A stretch of DNA of 64,000 nucleotides from Eledone cirrhosa (lineage: Eukaryota). A program made the position numbers and the translations under genes. The DNA is taken from contig OZ024743.1 in assembly GCA_964016885.1 (NCBI GenBank), forward strand, positions 3,782,001 to 3,846,000, given 5' to 3'. A model generated the notes under the pieces. That model searched no databases, had not been told where the DNA came from, and saw nothing but the letters and a program-made list of their open reading frames with translations. Below are positions 13,706-27,436 of the stretch, piece after piece; the stretch's first letter is position 1; each line of letters starts with the position of its first letter.

Positions 13706-14848
13706 CCTCCAACGGAAGGCTGGGGATGCCGTGGCTGACGATGCGCAAACACGCGCTCAGGCTTTGGCATCTCTACGTATTCCTCACCGGACAACCAGTG
13801 TGGGCCCCGTTCGTGAGGCGAGCCTTCCCACGACTCGTCTCGCTGACCGAGCTGCAGTCCTGGGTCAAGCAAAGACCGAGGAAAATGGGCGACTGGCACA
13901 TCGAATGTGCTCAGGCGCTCACAGCCCTCTGGCAGGCGGACCCGGCGGTCAGTGGAGACTCCACTTCGTCATTCTATAGAGGGTTGATCCGCAGCAAGTG
14001 CGACGACGTGCTCGGTGAAACTCTGGGCATGGAGGAAGACGAACTGGCCAGTCTGTTCGGTAGGACCTTCCGCCCGGGACCGATGGACAACTTCCAAAAG
14101 TCCCTGGCCTGGCAGTGCTACCGAGGAGCTCTACCAGTTCGAGACAAGCTCTACAGACATGGGCGCCCGGGCAGGGACCTTGCAAAAAAGATCTGTCCGA
14201 GGTGCGTGCGAGACGAATAAACCGTCGCGCACGCATTCATACACTGCCCGGGCGTCACCGACCTGTGGGGCTATGTAGAACGACTATTGTCGCGGGTGGG
14301 ACCGATCTAGTTGACCACCGAGTCCATTGTCATGATCAAACCGCCACGCTCCTTCAAAAACGAAGGAGGGGCGGTTTTCCTTTGTGTGATAGCTATGGCG
14401 AAAGAGGTTGTATGGTGGACAAGGTTGAAAGGGCTGAGGTCAGACACCTTTCTCTCCGGCCAACAGCTGATTCTATTTTTCAAATACCACTTTGGAAGAA
14501 GAATCAGGATGGAGAGAGAGGTGCTGTACCCCAGCAAATTTTATGAAAGGTGGGTGAAAGTAGCGAGAATGGCCCGAGTGAATGGGCCTTCTCTCTATAT
14601 CAGCCTGTAGGTTGAGGAAAAGGAGGAGGAGAGGAAAGGAGTACAAACTCTTCGTACTCCTGGAGATGAGGGTTGCACATTTTTTCGGGGGTATGTGTTA
14701 CCCATATGAACTGTCTCCCCCTATTGGGGAAAATCGACTAACTTTTAAATTGCATTTGTGATAATATTTTACACGTTTTTATTGTATGTAAACTTCCCCC
14801 TTTGTATTTGTCCCCTTCTTTTGTGCCCCTGTGCCTAATAAAGAAACA
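13706..14848 (+). mobile_element. 5'-truncated Tx1-like LINE (ORF2 C-terminal Cys-rich domain + 3' UTR)
   Basis: PGPMDNFQKSLAWQCYRGALPVRDKL..CPRC..HAFIHC with internal stops; TSD attattacg at 13697-13705 and 14849-14857. Confidence 0.9.
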
Positions 14849-14863
14849 ATTATTACGGAATGT

Positions 14864-15050
14864 AGGGCGGTGAGTTGGCAGTATCGGTAAAGGGTTGGAC
14901 GCCATGCTTTCTAGCATAGTTACGTTCCTTTACGGTCTGAGTTCAAATCCCATCGAGGTTAGCTTTGCGTTTCATCCTTACGGGGTCGATAAAATAAAGT
15001 ACCAGTAATGTACTGGGTAATTGCTGGCCTTGCGCCAAAAGTAGAAACAA
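14864..15050 (+). mobile_element. SINE with TSD
   Basis: TSD attattacggaat(g/t)ta at 14849 and 15050. Confidence 0.93.
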
Positions 15051-15269
15051 TTATTACGGAATTTAGTAATAGTAGATAGGGATTACAAGGGAAATATTTA
15101 CGTATGTATTCTTTTGGGTATAGTCAGTGATGAGTGTCTATACTTAGTGATCTTGGCTCTAGGTATGTGGAATGGATTATCTTATATTGATAATAATTTT
15201 ATGCTGCTAAGAAACATTTTGGCTTCCTCCCCTATCTTTACTAGGATGGAAATTCTAGCATCAAGAAGA

Positions 15270-15648
15270 TATTTTATATAATTTGACGGAGGCTTTTGGA
15301 TACACCAAGACAGAAAAACAACGTCGATATCATCATAGGCTCAGGTAACCCAGCCTAGCTAAGGATCGAGTTGGAGTGTATTTAACGTACAGACTAATGG
15401 ACGTGATATTTGACCTGACGTGATGGGAGATACCTTATTGATAACCCAATACTGTAGCAGACCTCAACAAGAATGCAGACGAATATCTATAGAGTTATGC
15501 TTAAAAATACATGAAGCTAAAGGTATCTTTCGAATATAATTATAAGTTAGTTAAATTCCTGGATGTAATACTGAAACTAAAGTCAGATCTATATGGACTA
15601 TACCACAAAGTTTACAAGAACCTTACGTATATCAACTGCAACACAAAA
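15270..15648 (+). pseudogene. Decayed Penelope-like reverse transcriptase fragment
   Basis: About 15550-15642 reads VKFLDVILKLKSDLYGLYHKVYKNLTYINCN, like the PLE motif VNFLDVTL..Y.PY.K....YI; upstream VDIIIGS resembles FDVTMGS; ends near (CA)n/(TA)n. Confidence 0.55.
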
Positions 15649-15659
15649 GCGTTTCCATT

Positions 15660-15763
<104 letters not shown>

Positions 15764-16680
15764 CATGCATATATATATATTTACATAACCAATAAGAGTT
15801 GTTAGCTTTGAGGGATTTCAGTATATTTATTAAACGAAGGAGGTCAATATAAGTTAACTTTATATTGGTTCATTGATTTTGAATGATGAATGTCTCCTGT
15901 AGGTGAGCCAGTAATAGTCTAAATATCTTGAATCATTATGTTGTTCAAGTTCCCGTTCTTATAACACTACACATACTTCTATCTTCGTGATATTTCAAGC
16001 GTGGCGTTTTGGAAATAATCATCTTGTCAATTATATGGAGGTTCGATCTAACAACAATATACTTGCAAAACCCAAACAATAGGCAGCGCTGTCTGCTTCA
16101 CACAGACAAATATATCGATGACCTTATACTTATGATATTTTAAAAATATGGATATTAATTCATGTACGTTTGTGTTGTAACTTCGTTCGTTAAAATATAA
16201 GTGAGGGCAAACTTTATAAATTGATAATGTCGTGTTGTATTCTTGAAGTCATTAGAGGATTTGCACCGAATAACTGCTTTATACGCCACTAATCGATTGT
16301 ATTGATTCTCTTGATACTATTTCCCTATAACAAGTGAATATTTTTCTATGATCCCACTATCTTACATACTTTAAATGTCATCAATAAAGATTTATATCAG
16401 TAGAAATAGCGATAAGAAATAACGATTTCTTTAAAAATGATCAAAACGGACACTGCTATTCATAAATACATTGTGACTTACCAACTTGCAGGAATTACGA
16501 GATTAATAGATATATTTCATGCTGATATATCAATTACTAAATCACGTATATTGTATTTAAATAGCAATGCTATTCTACTGTGCTACTTTAAACCGTGAAT
16601 AATTTCCATCTTATCATTCATGTTGATATGTAAGCATGAGTGGGAATGTGTTGTTAGATTCAAACCACGCTCATACACAT

Positions 16681-16762
16681 GTGGTGTGTGTGTTATGTGC
16701 GTGCGCGTATGCGTGTGCGTGTGCGTGTGCGTGTGCGTGTGTGTGTGCGCGCGTGCGTGTGT

Positions 16763-16851
<89 letters not shown>
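16681..16851. repeat. (TG)n/(GTGCGT)n microsatellite
   Basis: Seen directly. Confidence 0.97.
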
Positions 16852-16852
<1 letters not shown>

Positions 16853-18020
16853 TAAAGAGAAAAGGAACCTTGGAAGTCTACTAATACATGGAAATGTGCC
16901 AGCATTGTTATGCTGTCAATAGAACCTTAATTTCGTCCATCATACTACAATTATTATTATACACAACGTTTTGTTGTATATAATAATAGCTAATATCAGT
17001 AATATAGATCACAAAGAAATGAATCTTATCCTATCATTATATATATTACTTTTGTACATGTTTCATAAGTAAATGCAATGAGTCGACAAGACTTTCCTTT
17101 TATTGATGTAATAATGAGGTGCAAGGTTAGAGAATTAAAAGGAAGTGATATGAAGCTGTATGGCTATTACGTCTTCCTCGAGTATACTAAAATCGTAAAT
17201 GAAGTAATCCCCGTATTAGACAGTAATCAAAGCCACCTAAGACGTTTGGTAAAGATAATAACTAAGACTTACACCAGAAAATATCGGAATTATATAACAT
17301 GTATGTTTATAGTTCCATTTCTAAATGCTATTTTCTATTTCTACAGTGCAAATATTTCATTTATGAGATAAGTATGAAGTTGCTAAGTTGTTGCTATTCT
17401 GATATAAAAACTAACTAATTGTCTCCCTTCATCTTAAAAAGTAGGAAGGAAATATTAGATAGTATTTTCTTGGATATACTGTCCGAAATTAAAAGATTCG
17501 ATTGACACGGCTGGAATCATATGTCTATTCAGTCATTATAAGTAAAAACTAAAAATTCAATGTATGTTGTTATTTTACTAAATTAATGACCCATTGTATT
17601 GATGAAAGTGTTCCAGTAAATATATGTTCAAGTGGGTAGCGCACCTTCTCGACAAGTAGAACCAGGTATTGTTAGAATGTAGGGGGCGGGGCTCTCAAAT
17701 ATCTTGAAATGTAGTATTAGACAACAAGAACAAAAACAATATAATATATTACTCTTATCAACCACGAAGGAATGCAATATAAGCAAAATTTAGGTAGATG
17801 TTACACATAAATACACATGGAGAAAGTAAACTAACTTGCCAGCTTTTCGTTAACCTTTTTCTTACCTTTTCGCATTTCTTTTTATTATATGTTTTTCCTT
17901 CTTAAATTGAAAAAAAAAAAAGAAATGTTTGACGCGGTGACACCTCTTTAAATCAGAAAGTAATACACGAACGTTATTTACTTTTGTTCTGTGTATTTTC
18001 TGTATCATATTTTTACTTGT

Positions 18021-18325
18021 TAGAGGATGAAGAACTTGGAGCTGTACGGGAGCCTCCCTAAGGTCAGCTCGAAAGTAACACAGAGGAGATTGAGGTTAGT
18101 TGGACATGCTCCCCGACATTCAGAGTTGACATTGCACTCAGTGCTCCTTTGGGAGCCCCTATACGGACACAATAGAAGAGGGAGACTGAGGTTGACATAT
18201 AGTGATGCCCTAAGGACAGACACTGGTCTCTGGGAAACGCAGGACAGGGCGGCGATGATGAAGGACAGACTGCTGGTAAGAACTCGTCCATCGATCTCGG
18301 GAATTTTACCCGCCCTAGATAGATA
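18021..18325 (+). mobile_element. RTE-clade LINE 3' fragment
   Basis: LYGSLPKVSSKVTQRRLRLVGH..LLWEP..RGRLRLTYSDAL, an RTE-type C-terminus; same family as 49025-49395. Confidence 0.8.
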
Positions 18326-19520
18326 AATAGAGGGATATATCAAGGAAATCTTATACAATCCCAAATTAATAAAGACTATTCTTATATCAACTCACCAGTA
18401 GTCTCACTTATTCAGCAACGTTCTAAAGATAGAGTTTTATACAGAAAATATTAATGTCTTGCAGAAATACTTTAAGAAATATAACTTGTTGCATTATCAA
18501 AATATTTTGTATTCCTTGTATATTCTGTCATTATTAAAAGCAGTAACAAATAATTAATGAGTGTGAAACTTTCTTGGAAATACAGATATTAGCTATCTTA
18601 TGATCTATATCAGTGTCTTTAAAGTGCCATTTTATCTCATTAATTGATAGTAATGTTCAACATTTAGCACTTAATCTCACCAGGGAACTCTACACTTAAG
18701 TGATTTGCTGTAAAACTCGATATTGAACTTAGTTGGCAATCTAGCTCGGAAATCAACTTGCCTTTAACATTCAAACAGATATCTTGCAAATCGTGAGTCA
18801 CAGGAAATTTATCTTTTCAGAAGGCAGAGATGCTATTTTTAAACGACGCTACTTTTATCATGAGATGCAAAAAAAAAACAACGACAAAAAAACAGCTAAG
18901 GCACAAAGCTAACAAACAATGACGTGTAGGAAATGATCTAAATCTGTTCGAGAAGATTTTGCAGACCAGTTAGCAAGTAATCTAGTTATAATATCTTTGG
19001 AAAATAATTAATGCTTCTAATCGTGAGTTATTGAACAAATATAGTTAGCAATGATCACCGATTAGATTCCTCGTTGTCTGGATTACCTCGCCTAAAATAG
19101 AATTAAATATATCACGAAATTGACGCAGATGTGTTATCCTCCTTTAAAACCGTAGGTGCTTCAGTTAAAATAACATTTTTTTCCAGAATACCTGTAGAAG
19201 AGAACCGATTTGATAGCATCAACTACTTTAGTTTTATATTTCTCATTAAGAAATTAAAATAATAGCATGGCTATATTCATAAAATAATTAACAACTACTA
19301 GCTCATAAGCAACAATTTTCACCTTCATCAATGAATATAGAATGACATACTGTACCTCAAATTCCCCTAAAATTCCCATAGTTGAAGATCAGCCAATTCT
19401 TGCCAATCCTAGCATTGACACACCGGGAAATTTCATGCATTTTGCACGATTGTGTTTCACATATATTCCAGCCTTAAAATTATTCAGCAATAATATAAGC
19501 AATAAATTGTTCTAAATACT

Positions 19521-19586
<66 letters not shown>

Positions 19587-19627
19587 ACACACACACACAT
19601 ACACACATATATATATATATTTATATA

Positions 19628-19800
19628 ATTGTTTCTACTTTTGGCACAAGGCCACCAATTACCCCAGTACATTACTGGTACTTTATTTTATCGACCCCGT
19701 AAGGATGAAAGGCAAAGTTCACCTCATCGGGATTTGAACTCAGACCGTAAAGGGCCGTAACTCTATGCTATAAACTTCCGATACTCCCAATCTACCGCCC
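19628..19800 (-). mobile_element. SINE with internal deletion
   Basis: Reverse complement of the SINE; tatatatttatataat on both flanks. Confidence 0.9.
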
Positions 19801-21519
19801 TTATATATTTATATAATAGAAATTCTTACTGTCTGCAACCTACAAGCATCCGTTTACGCATATGGCAACAGTAAAAGACCAGAGGTGCACTTCTTTTTTC
19901 TTATGTTCTTGAAATGTTTCGTCCTTTAAGTATCAGTATAGAGAGTAACAGGATGAACACAGTATGTAAACAGGATCAGCGTCTGAATGTTTACCCCAAC
20001 ATGCATCGCTATCGACACATCATGTATCAGGATCGATTAAAACAAACATACTCTACAAATATGTCATTATACCAATATGAGTTCATGATATTTATTATGT
20101 TTGTTTAATAATTACTGTACAGGAGTCGTAATTTAAAAAAAATTATATAAATTACTGTTGCATTTGTAATGTTCGTTTTTTTATTCCTGTAAAACACTGA
20201 AGAAAAAAAAAACGGTTTTAATATGGCTCTGTGTGTACAACGTATTGTTTTTATATTGTTTTTTTTTATACTCACTATTGTCAAAGAATTTGCTGGACTT
20301 TCTTAAGGCCACTGCATGGGTAAATCAACTACATTATAGTTAATACACTTGACGGCTGTTTGCTTTAATGCAATCTCTCTTTGTCAGTTTAAATTTATAA
20401 CTATATTCTGCAAATTTATAACTATATTCTGTAATATATCATTGCATTACATAAATAAAACCAATCACCAGGAATGCATCATTTATGCAAATCGGTGAGT
20501 CTGAGTTAACAAAATCACCAGTAAAAATCACTATAAATATAATGTTATTGAAATTCAATGAAGGCTGGTTGGTTACTGAAAAGATCAGAACAAAAACTGA
20601 AACTCATCTATCTGATGCCTATTCTGTCAACGATGAGATTACATAAAAATCCCACAATGACAGCATTTTACGAATCTTTAGTGTACTTAATTAATTTTAA
20701 TTATTTTACACCAGCAGTGTCGTTTAAATCAATAGGCTTATTCTATAGTATATTATAGATTTACAAAATATTCTAATTAATAAAACGTGTATATCTGTAA
20801 ACTGATGATGCTCACAATCTTAAAACAAAATATATCATAGATTATAATGTTTTAAAATATTTCATCAGAGGTAAAAGTCCTTAATGGATCAGTGCATATG
20901 TTGCGTACTGTATGATGTGTGTATATACCTGTATGCATTTGTGGTTTTGTGGTACATGTGAGTGAATACAAACATTTGTGTTTGTGAGGCTGTCGGGGCT
21001 TATATTTGGGATTATGCAGGGAAATAATTTCTGTGTGTATGAGTAAATGTATGAGTGATTAAACTGTAAGTGCAAGAAATTTGATTATACTCTTCTTCTA
21101 CAATAGATGCGCTTTGGTTTTACCATATAAAGAAATCAATATTTTTTAATTAGCAACAACATCATGTGCATCCCCTTCACTTCATCTCGCACTACACTGA
21201 CTTTCTTGTACTTACAATTTAATCACCCATGCATCCACGCATAAGCACAGAAATTTCTGGTAACTATTTCCATATAGACCCTAAAATTATAAGAGACAAA
21301 GAAAAGTCCTTTCAGCTGTGTGGTACAACGGAAGGTACGTAATATAGAAAAGTACCAGTTTCAATTTGACATGTCTTTACTACTTCAAAGTCTGTATCAT
21401 ATATCAACGCAACGTTATGCACGTGAATGAAAACAAGAATGAAGTGTTTGTGATAGCATATGTAAGGTTTTGTAATTGCAGGATAGAGAATCCAAAGAAC
21501 TATTTTGCATGCTATCGTT

Positions 21520-21570
<51 letters not shown>

Positions 21571-22599
21571 TATATATACGAGTGTATGTGCATTTGGTGG
21601 AAAAAGAGAATGGGAGATTGAATTAAAGAGTAACTAAAGAAGACAACGTGTTATAGACGAGCATTAGCTACGAGAAATGTCAGAAACGTAGCTTGTAAAT
21701 AACACAGGCAAACTAATAATTATGTTTAAAACATTGTTTAGCTTTAGGATGGCTATCTTAGTTTAACTATGTATATATTCGCGGCAACGAGGGAATGTCA
21801 AGATGTTGGAAAGATCTCGTCGAAAACCAACTAAATCTCTCTCACCCCTTACCCGTACAAAAGTAAGATGCATAGAACATCTTTGGTCGTTAGTCAGCTC
21901 AATCAGATCTAACCTGAGTCTAGCAGAAATTTCAACGACTACATAGATATTCACAATATAGAACGATCATATTTAGTTAAACACATTACACCCCACAAAT
22001 ATAATTTAAACAAATAATATTTCATGTATAAATATTCTAAATCCAATATTTTAACTTTAATGCCATAATGATGTAAGTTGTTTGGGAACATGAGTAAGAT
22101 TTCCAGTCACTACACCATACATGCCTTCTTAGAAGCAGTCTTTACCAAACTGTAATCATTTTTAACAAGAGCAAAGCTTTTCGATTCTTCTATGTGTCAA
22201 ATAAGTCTAGTATTTATAAAATTATTATTCGCTTGAATCCATAGATTTCTAGATTTATAATGTTAAAATACATTAACACCTAAATGAATATATTAGGTGT
22301 AATTAAGACGCTGATAAGTTGAAATAATTTTAATAATTAACTTTAAAATAGAAGATATACGATGAAGTAGTAAGTTTGGTGATAAATGTTTTCAATTTAT
22401 ATTAATGAGAGATGGGAAGATATTAGAAGATATTAGATATAGTGATATAATACATTAGTGAATATACTACTCATAAAGTGTATAAAATCTCTGTGATAAT
22501 TTATTTAAACAAGCATAATTTGATATTCAGTTGCGTATATTTACAAACAAAAATAGAGAAAAATTGAGAAAATAGAAAAATAAATGTAAAATAGGGGGA

Positions 22600-22790
22600 G
22601 TGGAAGAACAAACGCAACACCTTTGGTTGGATGGTGCATCTCAGCTGTGCCCCATGGACAAGATGGTAAAAGCATTATCATGGAGAACAACCAGCAATAT
22701 CTGTTGCCTCAGCCATTCCACACCCGGCTTTTTCTTCAGCCGAGATTTCACGGGAAAAAAACACACGAAGCCTGGAGATTGAGGGGACAT
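22600..22790 (-). pseudogene. Possible mariner transposase relic
   Basis: Minus strand gives KKPG and LLVVLHDNA, like mariner KRP...LLHDNARPH; very degraded. Confidence 0.3.
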
Positions 22791-25784
22791 TTCTAGACAA
22801 TGTTAAAAACTCAAATGCGATTGAATAAAAGGACTTTTGATAGTTTTTCAGAAGAGAAAAAGTATTAGTAGATGATGATTTCTTACGAGAATTGCTACGC
22901 CCCTTCCCCCACCAAAAACAAAAATAAAGATTGGCTTGGCCTTTAGGGACTTCGGACATAATTTGGGGGAGATATGATAAGACAAAATTCTGAATGACTG
23001 ACGAAAGAAATTATTCCAGACTTTATGATTTATGTTACAATACGGATCTGTAGGCTATTTGTCATTTTCTGACTCCTGCCGACCAATGCCCACAGGCATT
23101 AGTAAGTTCTTCGACCCATTTTGAACGTTAGAATATGTTTGAGTTTGCTATATATCTCAGAAGGTGGGAATTGTGTCCGTGAAGGTGTATTTTTATAAGT
23201 TTGTGTTTGCGCGATTATAGTTATATACTCATAATAGTTATATACTCATACATATAGATGTATATATGTGCACACGCATACGCGTCAGCGTGTAGAAAAT
23301 CATAATCTCTCTATCTCTCTCATCACAATCTCTCTCTTTCTATATATATGGTAGTTGAAGTGGTGGTGGTGGCAACGATATACCGGAAGTGCAACTTTGA
23401 AAAGAAGCTCAATTTTAAATTATTTATTTTTACGAAATTATTTGTTTACGAAATTTACTACATAAATTATGTAATATTCATTCATTATTTATTCAAAGTA
23501 ATCCAACTTATTTTACTAACTGGGTTAAAAGAAATAAACCATACGCAGTCCAGCAGACCTTTTATTATAGTTTAGATTCTAGTGCTATTTAACTATATAT
23601 TGGCTGATCGTCTGTATTTTCTACCTGCATGAATCTAGTTTTACAATCAGCTTACTTGCTTTTGCTACTTGAACTTAAAGAATTCATTATCTCTTGCTGC
23701 TGTTTATTTCAGTTATTTCAAATAATACCCTTTGCAAAAACAAAAACAAAAACAAAAACAAATTAAAAAAAAATAAATAAAAAAAAATAAAAGAACGGAT
23801 GAATTTTTGAATCATGAAAGTAAGGTGTGAGAGTTTTGAGATCGTGTGGCGTTTTTAGGGTGATGCAGTGTGGTGATAATGTAGTGTAAAGAGTGGACTG
23901 ATTACTGTATTTTCCTGTTTCATGTAAATGTCAATTCATGTTTCCGGGCTACACGCATTCCAATATTTCTCAAATAAATAGTTGATTGATGTTCTTTGTT
24001 AGAATTTAATTGTGTGCATAAACAATACCAGAGTTCTGCAGCTGTTTCAATCATCTATGTTGAGTGGGTGTCTTTTCTATGACGACTGATAATACTTGAA
24101 TAATTCGTTCATTCTATTTATGTTTGTATTCTTATTGTTTTTATGTCTTTTGTTATTTAAATTAATTACTATATACGAGAACACATGTTATTTATTTTCA
24201 ATTGCAGAGATTTCGAAAAAGGAATGTCACGATTTCTCATTTCTTCTCACTCACATTTCATCTCAGAAATGTTTGTTCTTTAAAAGGCTACTGTTAAGAA
24301 AGTGAATATAATCTGATCTTTCATAGCCAAAATATATCCGATACAAATCAGTTACTCAATTTGATGTCAGTTGTACTCTCGATGTAAAGAAAGTAATTTC
24401 ACTAATTTCAGACCTGTCCACTATCCCTGTCCGACGGGGAGATCTCCAGCCCACTGGGGGGGGGGGGGGATGCATTCTCTCGTGAAAATTGGTATAGCTT
24501 TCCTTATGTAAAATCTCTCCCATAATGCCTCATTTCTCCCTGTTTTGTGGCACTTTTTTTGCACTCCCCGTTTGGGTTTTTAGAGGTTGGCAGGTCTGTA
24601 ATTTCTTTTCAATTTTTTTGAAGATTGAAATACGTTTTCTTCATCCATATATTTCCAAATCAACATGTTTATATAATAATTCCGATCTAGAAAACAACGT
24701 ATTCATTAGTGTGTGTTCCTTGCTTAGAACATGAAATAATATCGTGAGCCTGAGCCAAGAAGTTAAGCAAAACATTAGTCAATAATTTCATATCAACGCA
24801 TTGTGTCGTGTTCGAAGAAATTCACCAAGTTAACTTATAACTTATAAATATAGCAGTGCAATACAGATCATAACCGTATGCAGCAGCACTATGGGATATC
24901 GATTCAGAGTTGCCTCTCATTCTTTCTTGTTTCTTAATCATCTCTATAAACTCGCATTTTTTATCTTTTTATATTATAATATCTTAGCATAGCCCAATTT
25001 GCAGTGTTTCCAAAGGCTGATACTTGAGGTGTATTATAAAGTTTTAAGGGGGAGCGGGATGCAAATTAGTTTCTGATAAGATATTTTGTAAATAAAAAAA
25101 TAAAGTGATATTCCGTCTCCAGGTCCCCATTTCTATCCCATATCCAACTGATTTCAATATTTTATCCAATTAAGTTCCCAAATCACATGATAAAAAAGGA
25201 GTTGCTTTACAGAAAAAAAAAATCTTGGCAAACTATATTTTGCAGAAAAGCTTGAATACCTGTATGATATGAAGTAAAAAAAAACAAACAAATAAAAAAA
25301 CGCATTCAGTCTTCAGAAGCTTGTTTATACAACATATGGGCGAGGACAATGTTGATTAAGTAAGCACCAATACGTTTCGGTAGCCTGAAACACAAGGCCA
25401 ACCCGAAGAGAAATTAGCCTTAGATTAAAGAAGCACAATATAAGATTGCATGGTATTAACAATGCCTTTTAATGTTTCTCATATCAACCGTTTTCTATTG
25501 TGGACACGTTAAGCATACATAATACCTTTATAGAATATCAATCAATAATAATTTTAGTTTTTAGCAGTTGTTAGCTTTATCAAACAACCCATTTAAGAGA
25601 AATTGGCTACTAAACTTGGGAGAATATCCAGAAAGTAATATAAATAAATTTTGGAGGCGGGGGATGGGTGCTAACTAACGAACGAAAGGATATGTTTGAT
25701 AACCAATAAGTTTGATCAATATTCTTCTATTTTATATAAGCATAATACAAAAATGATATCGCAAAAAATATCTCCAAATTGTAT

Positions 25785-26219
25785 TGTTAGGAAGGAGATT
25801 GTCAAGTGAATCACCGGCAGCAAATGGTATCTCTCGAATTCGAAACACTGCTCTCCAGATCTTCAAAAGAAAGCGAGGAAAACCGAACAATAGATCACCG
25901 GACTGATTTGAAGCATGATGCACGGGTTTTTGTGTGTTTTACTAGAGGTAGGCTATTTAAACCGGTGGAGTGGCCAATGCAGAGAGTTGGTGTGAGGTTG
26001 GGAGCGGAGGCAGTCGGTCTGAGGTCGGCGGCGTGGTAAGAACAGTCGGGGTAAAGTTGGCGATGTGAATAGTCGGCGTGAACTCGCGCGGCGAAGAACA
26101 ACATTACATCCAGCTTGGTGTGTCTATTTCTTCCGTTCTAGGCAAGTTGGCTAGTTGGGCAGGCGGTTTCCCAGCTGCTCATTTTGGGCTGTTGTAGCTG
26201 GAGACTGCTTTTTGTAACA
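25785..26219. mobile_element. Solo LTR (Gypsy-like)
   Basis: 435-bp GC-richer segment with TGTTA...TAACA termini and a 4-bp TSD GTAT (25781-25784, 26220-26223). Confidence 0.7.
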
Positions 26220-26445
26220 GTATACTTAACTGTACAAATACTATTGGAATGTAATTTCAATGTCATGATTCAGTAGAGGATAAACAATACAATTATTAAC
26301 GTTGCTACTTATTAAAATCTCATATAATCTGAATTCAAAATTTAGCGTGTGTGTAATTAATTAAATTAAATGGATGAGCTTTCATTCTTTATGTTACTCG
26401 AATTAAAAGTTCATTCGAATTATTCTCTCTTTTCACTGACATAAT

Positions 26446-26666
26446 AATTGTTTCTACTTGAAGCTCAAGGCCAGCAATTTGAAGAGGAGTTGAAAGTCAA
26501 TTAAATCGACCCCAGTGCTTACTGGTACTTTATTTTATCGACCCCGTCTGGATAAAAGGCAAAGCTAACCTCGGCGGGATTTGAAAATCAGAAAATAAAG
26601 GGCCGTAACTCTATGCTGCGAAACATGGTGTCCGGCGCTCGACCGATACTGCCAATCTACCGCCCT
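26446..26666 (-). mobile_element. SINE (long variant)
   Basis: Reverse complement of the SINE; gacataataat on both flanks. Confidence 0.9.
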
Positions 26667-27047
26667 TTTTCATCGACATAATAATAACTGTCGAATTACA
26701 GACTCCTTCGCACTTGCTGTACTTAAGCAATGCACCTTCACAGTATCAAAAAAATTTAAGCTGGAAAAGGATAAACCTATGAAATAAAATCAAATCTATT
26801 ATCTTAAATATATTTATTATTCGACCAAAATTGAGTAAAGGAGGCTAATTGGCATATTTGTTAAAATGCCTTATTCCACGCTTGCGGTTCCTCCCCAGCT
26901 TTGCCATTTGCGTATAATTCATAGTGTATTCACATTTGCATTTCTTTATTTTGTATTCGATAAATAAAGTACCAACCTAGGGCTGGATTTTATTCTCGTA
27001 GAATTATTTTTTTAAAATTGTTCATTTGTTTTTCAACAAGCGTTTTA

Positions 27048-27184
27048 GTTTCAGTGCATACTTCACATTAGTTTCAGTGCATACTTCACATTAGTTTCAG
27101 TGCATACTTCACATGGACACTCGCTCAGTGCATACTTCACATGGACACTCGCTCAGTGCATACTTCACATGGACACTCGCTCAT
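27048..27184 (+). repeat. Minisatellite of 23-bp then 28-bp units with core cagtgcatacttcacat
   Basis: Five tandem copies of the core. Confidence 0.9.
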
Positions 27185-27195
27185 GTTCTCCAAAC

Positions 27196-27436
27196 AAAAA
27201 TGAATTTCACATTTCCTGTATTCAAGGCATTTACTCAGGAAGCGTTGGCAGGCTAGATTTAATTTTTTTGTCTCACTTACAGACCCATGCATTTAACTAT
27301 ATAATATATATATATATAAAGTTAAATGCATATGTCTGTACGTTTCAGTCTGTACGTAAGTGTGACTATAAAATTAAATTACTTACCCTAGCCTGCCAAC
27401 GCTTCCTGAATACAGGAAAATGTGAAATTCATTTTT
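27196..27436. repeat. Imperfect inverted repeat centred on (TA)n
   Basis: Arms 27196-27298 and 27320-27436 (e.g. tcaggaagcgttggcaggctag / ctagcctgccaacgcttcctga). Confidence 0.85.

Noticed and set aside
20795-20875. CTGATGA and TCATCAG pair as a hammerhead
   Set aside because: No correctly placed GAAA, stem III or stem I on either strand
27048-27184. Short direct repeats resembling a CRISPR array
   Set aside because: The intervening sequences are themselves repeated rather than unique spacers; no cas genes; eukaryotic context
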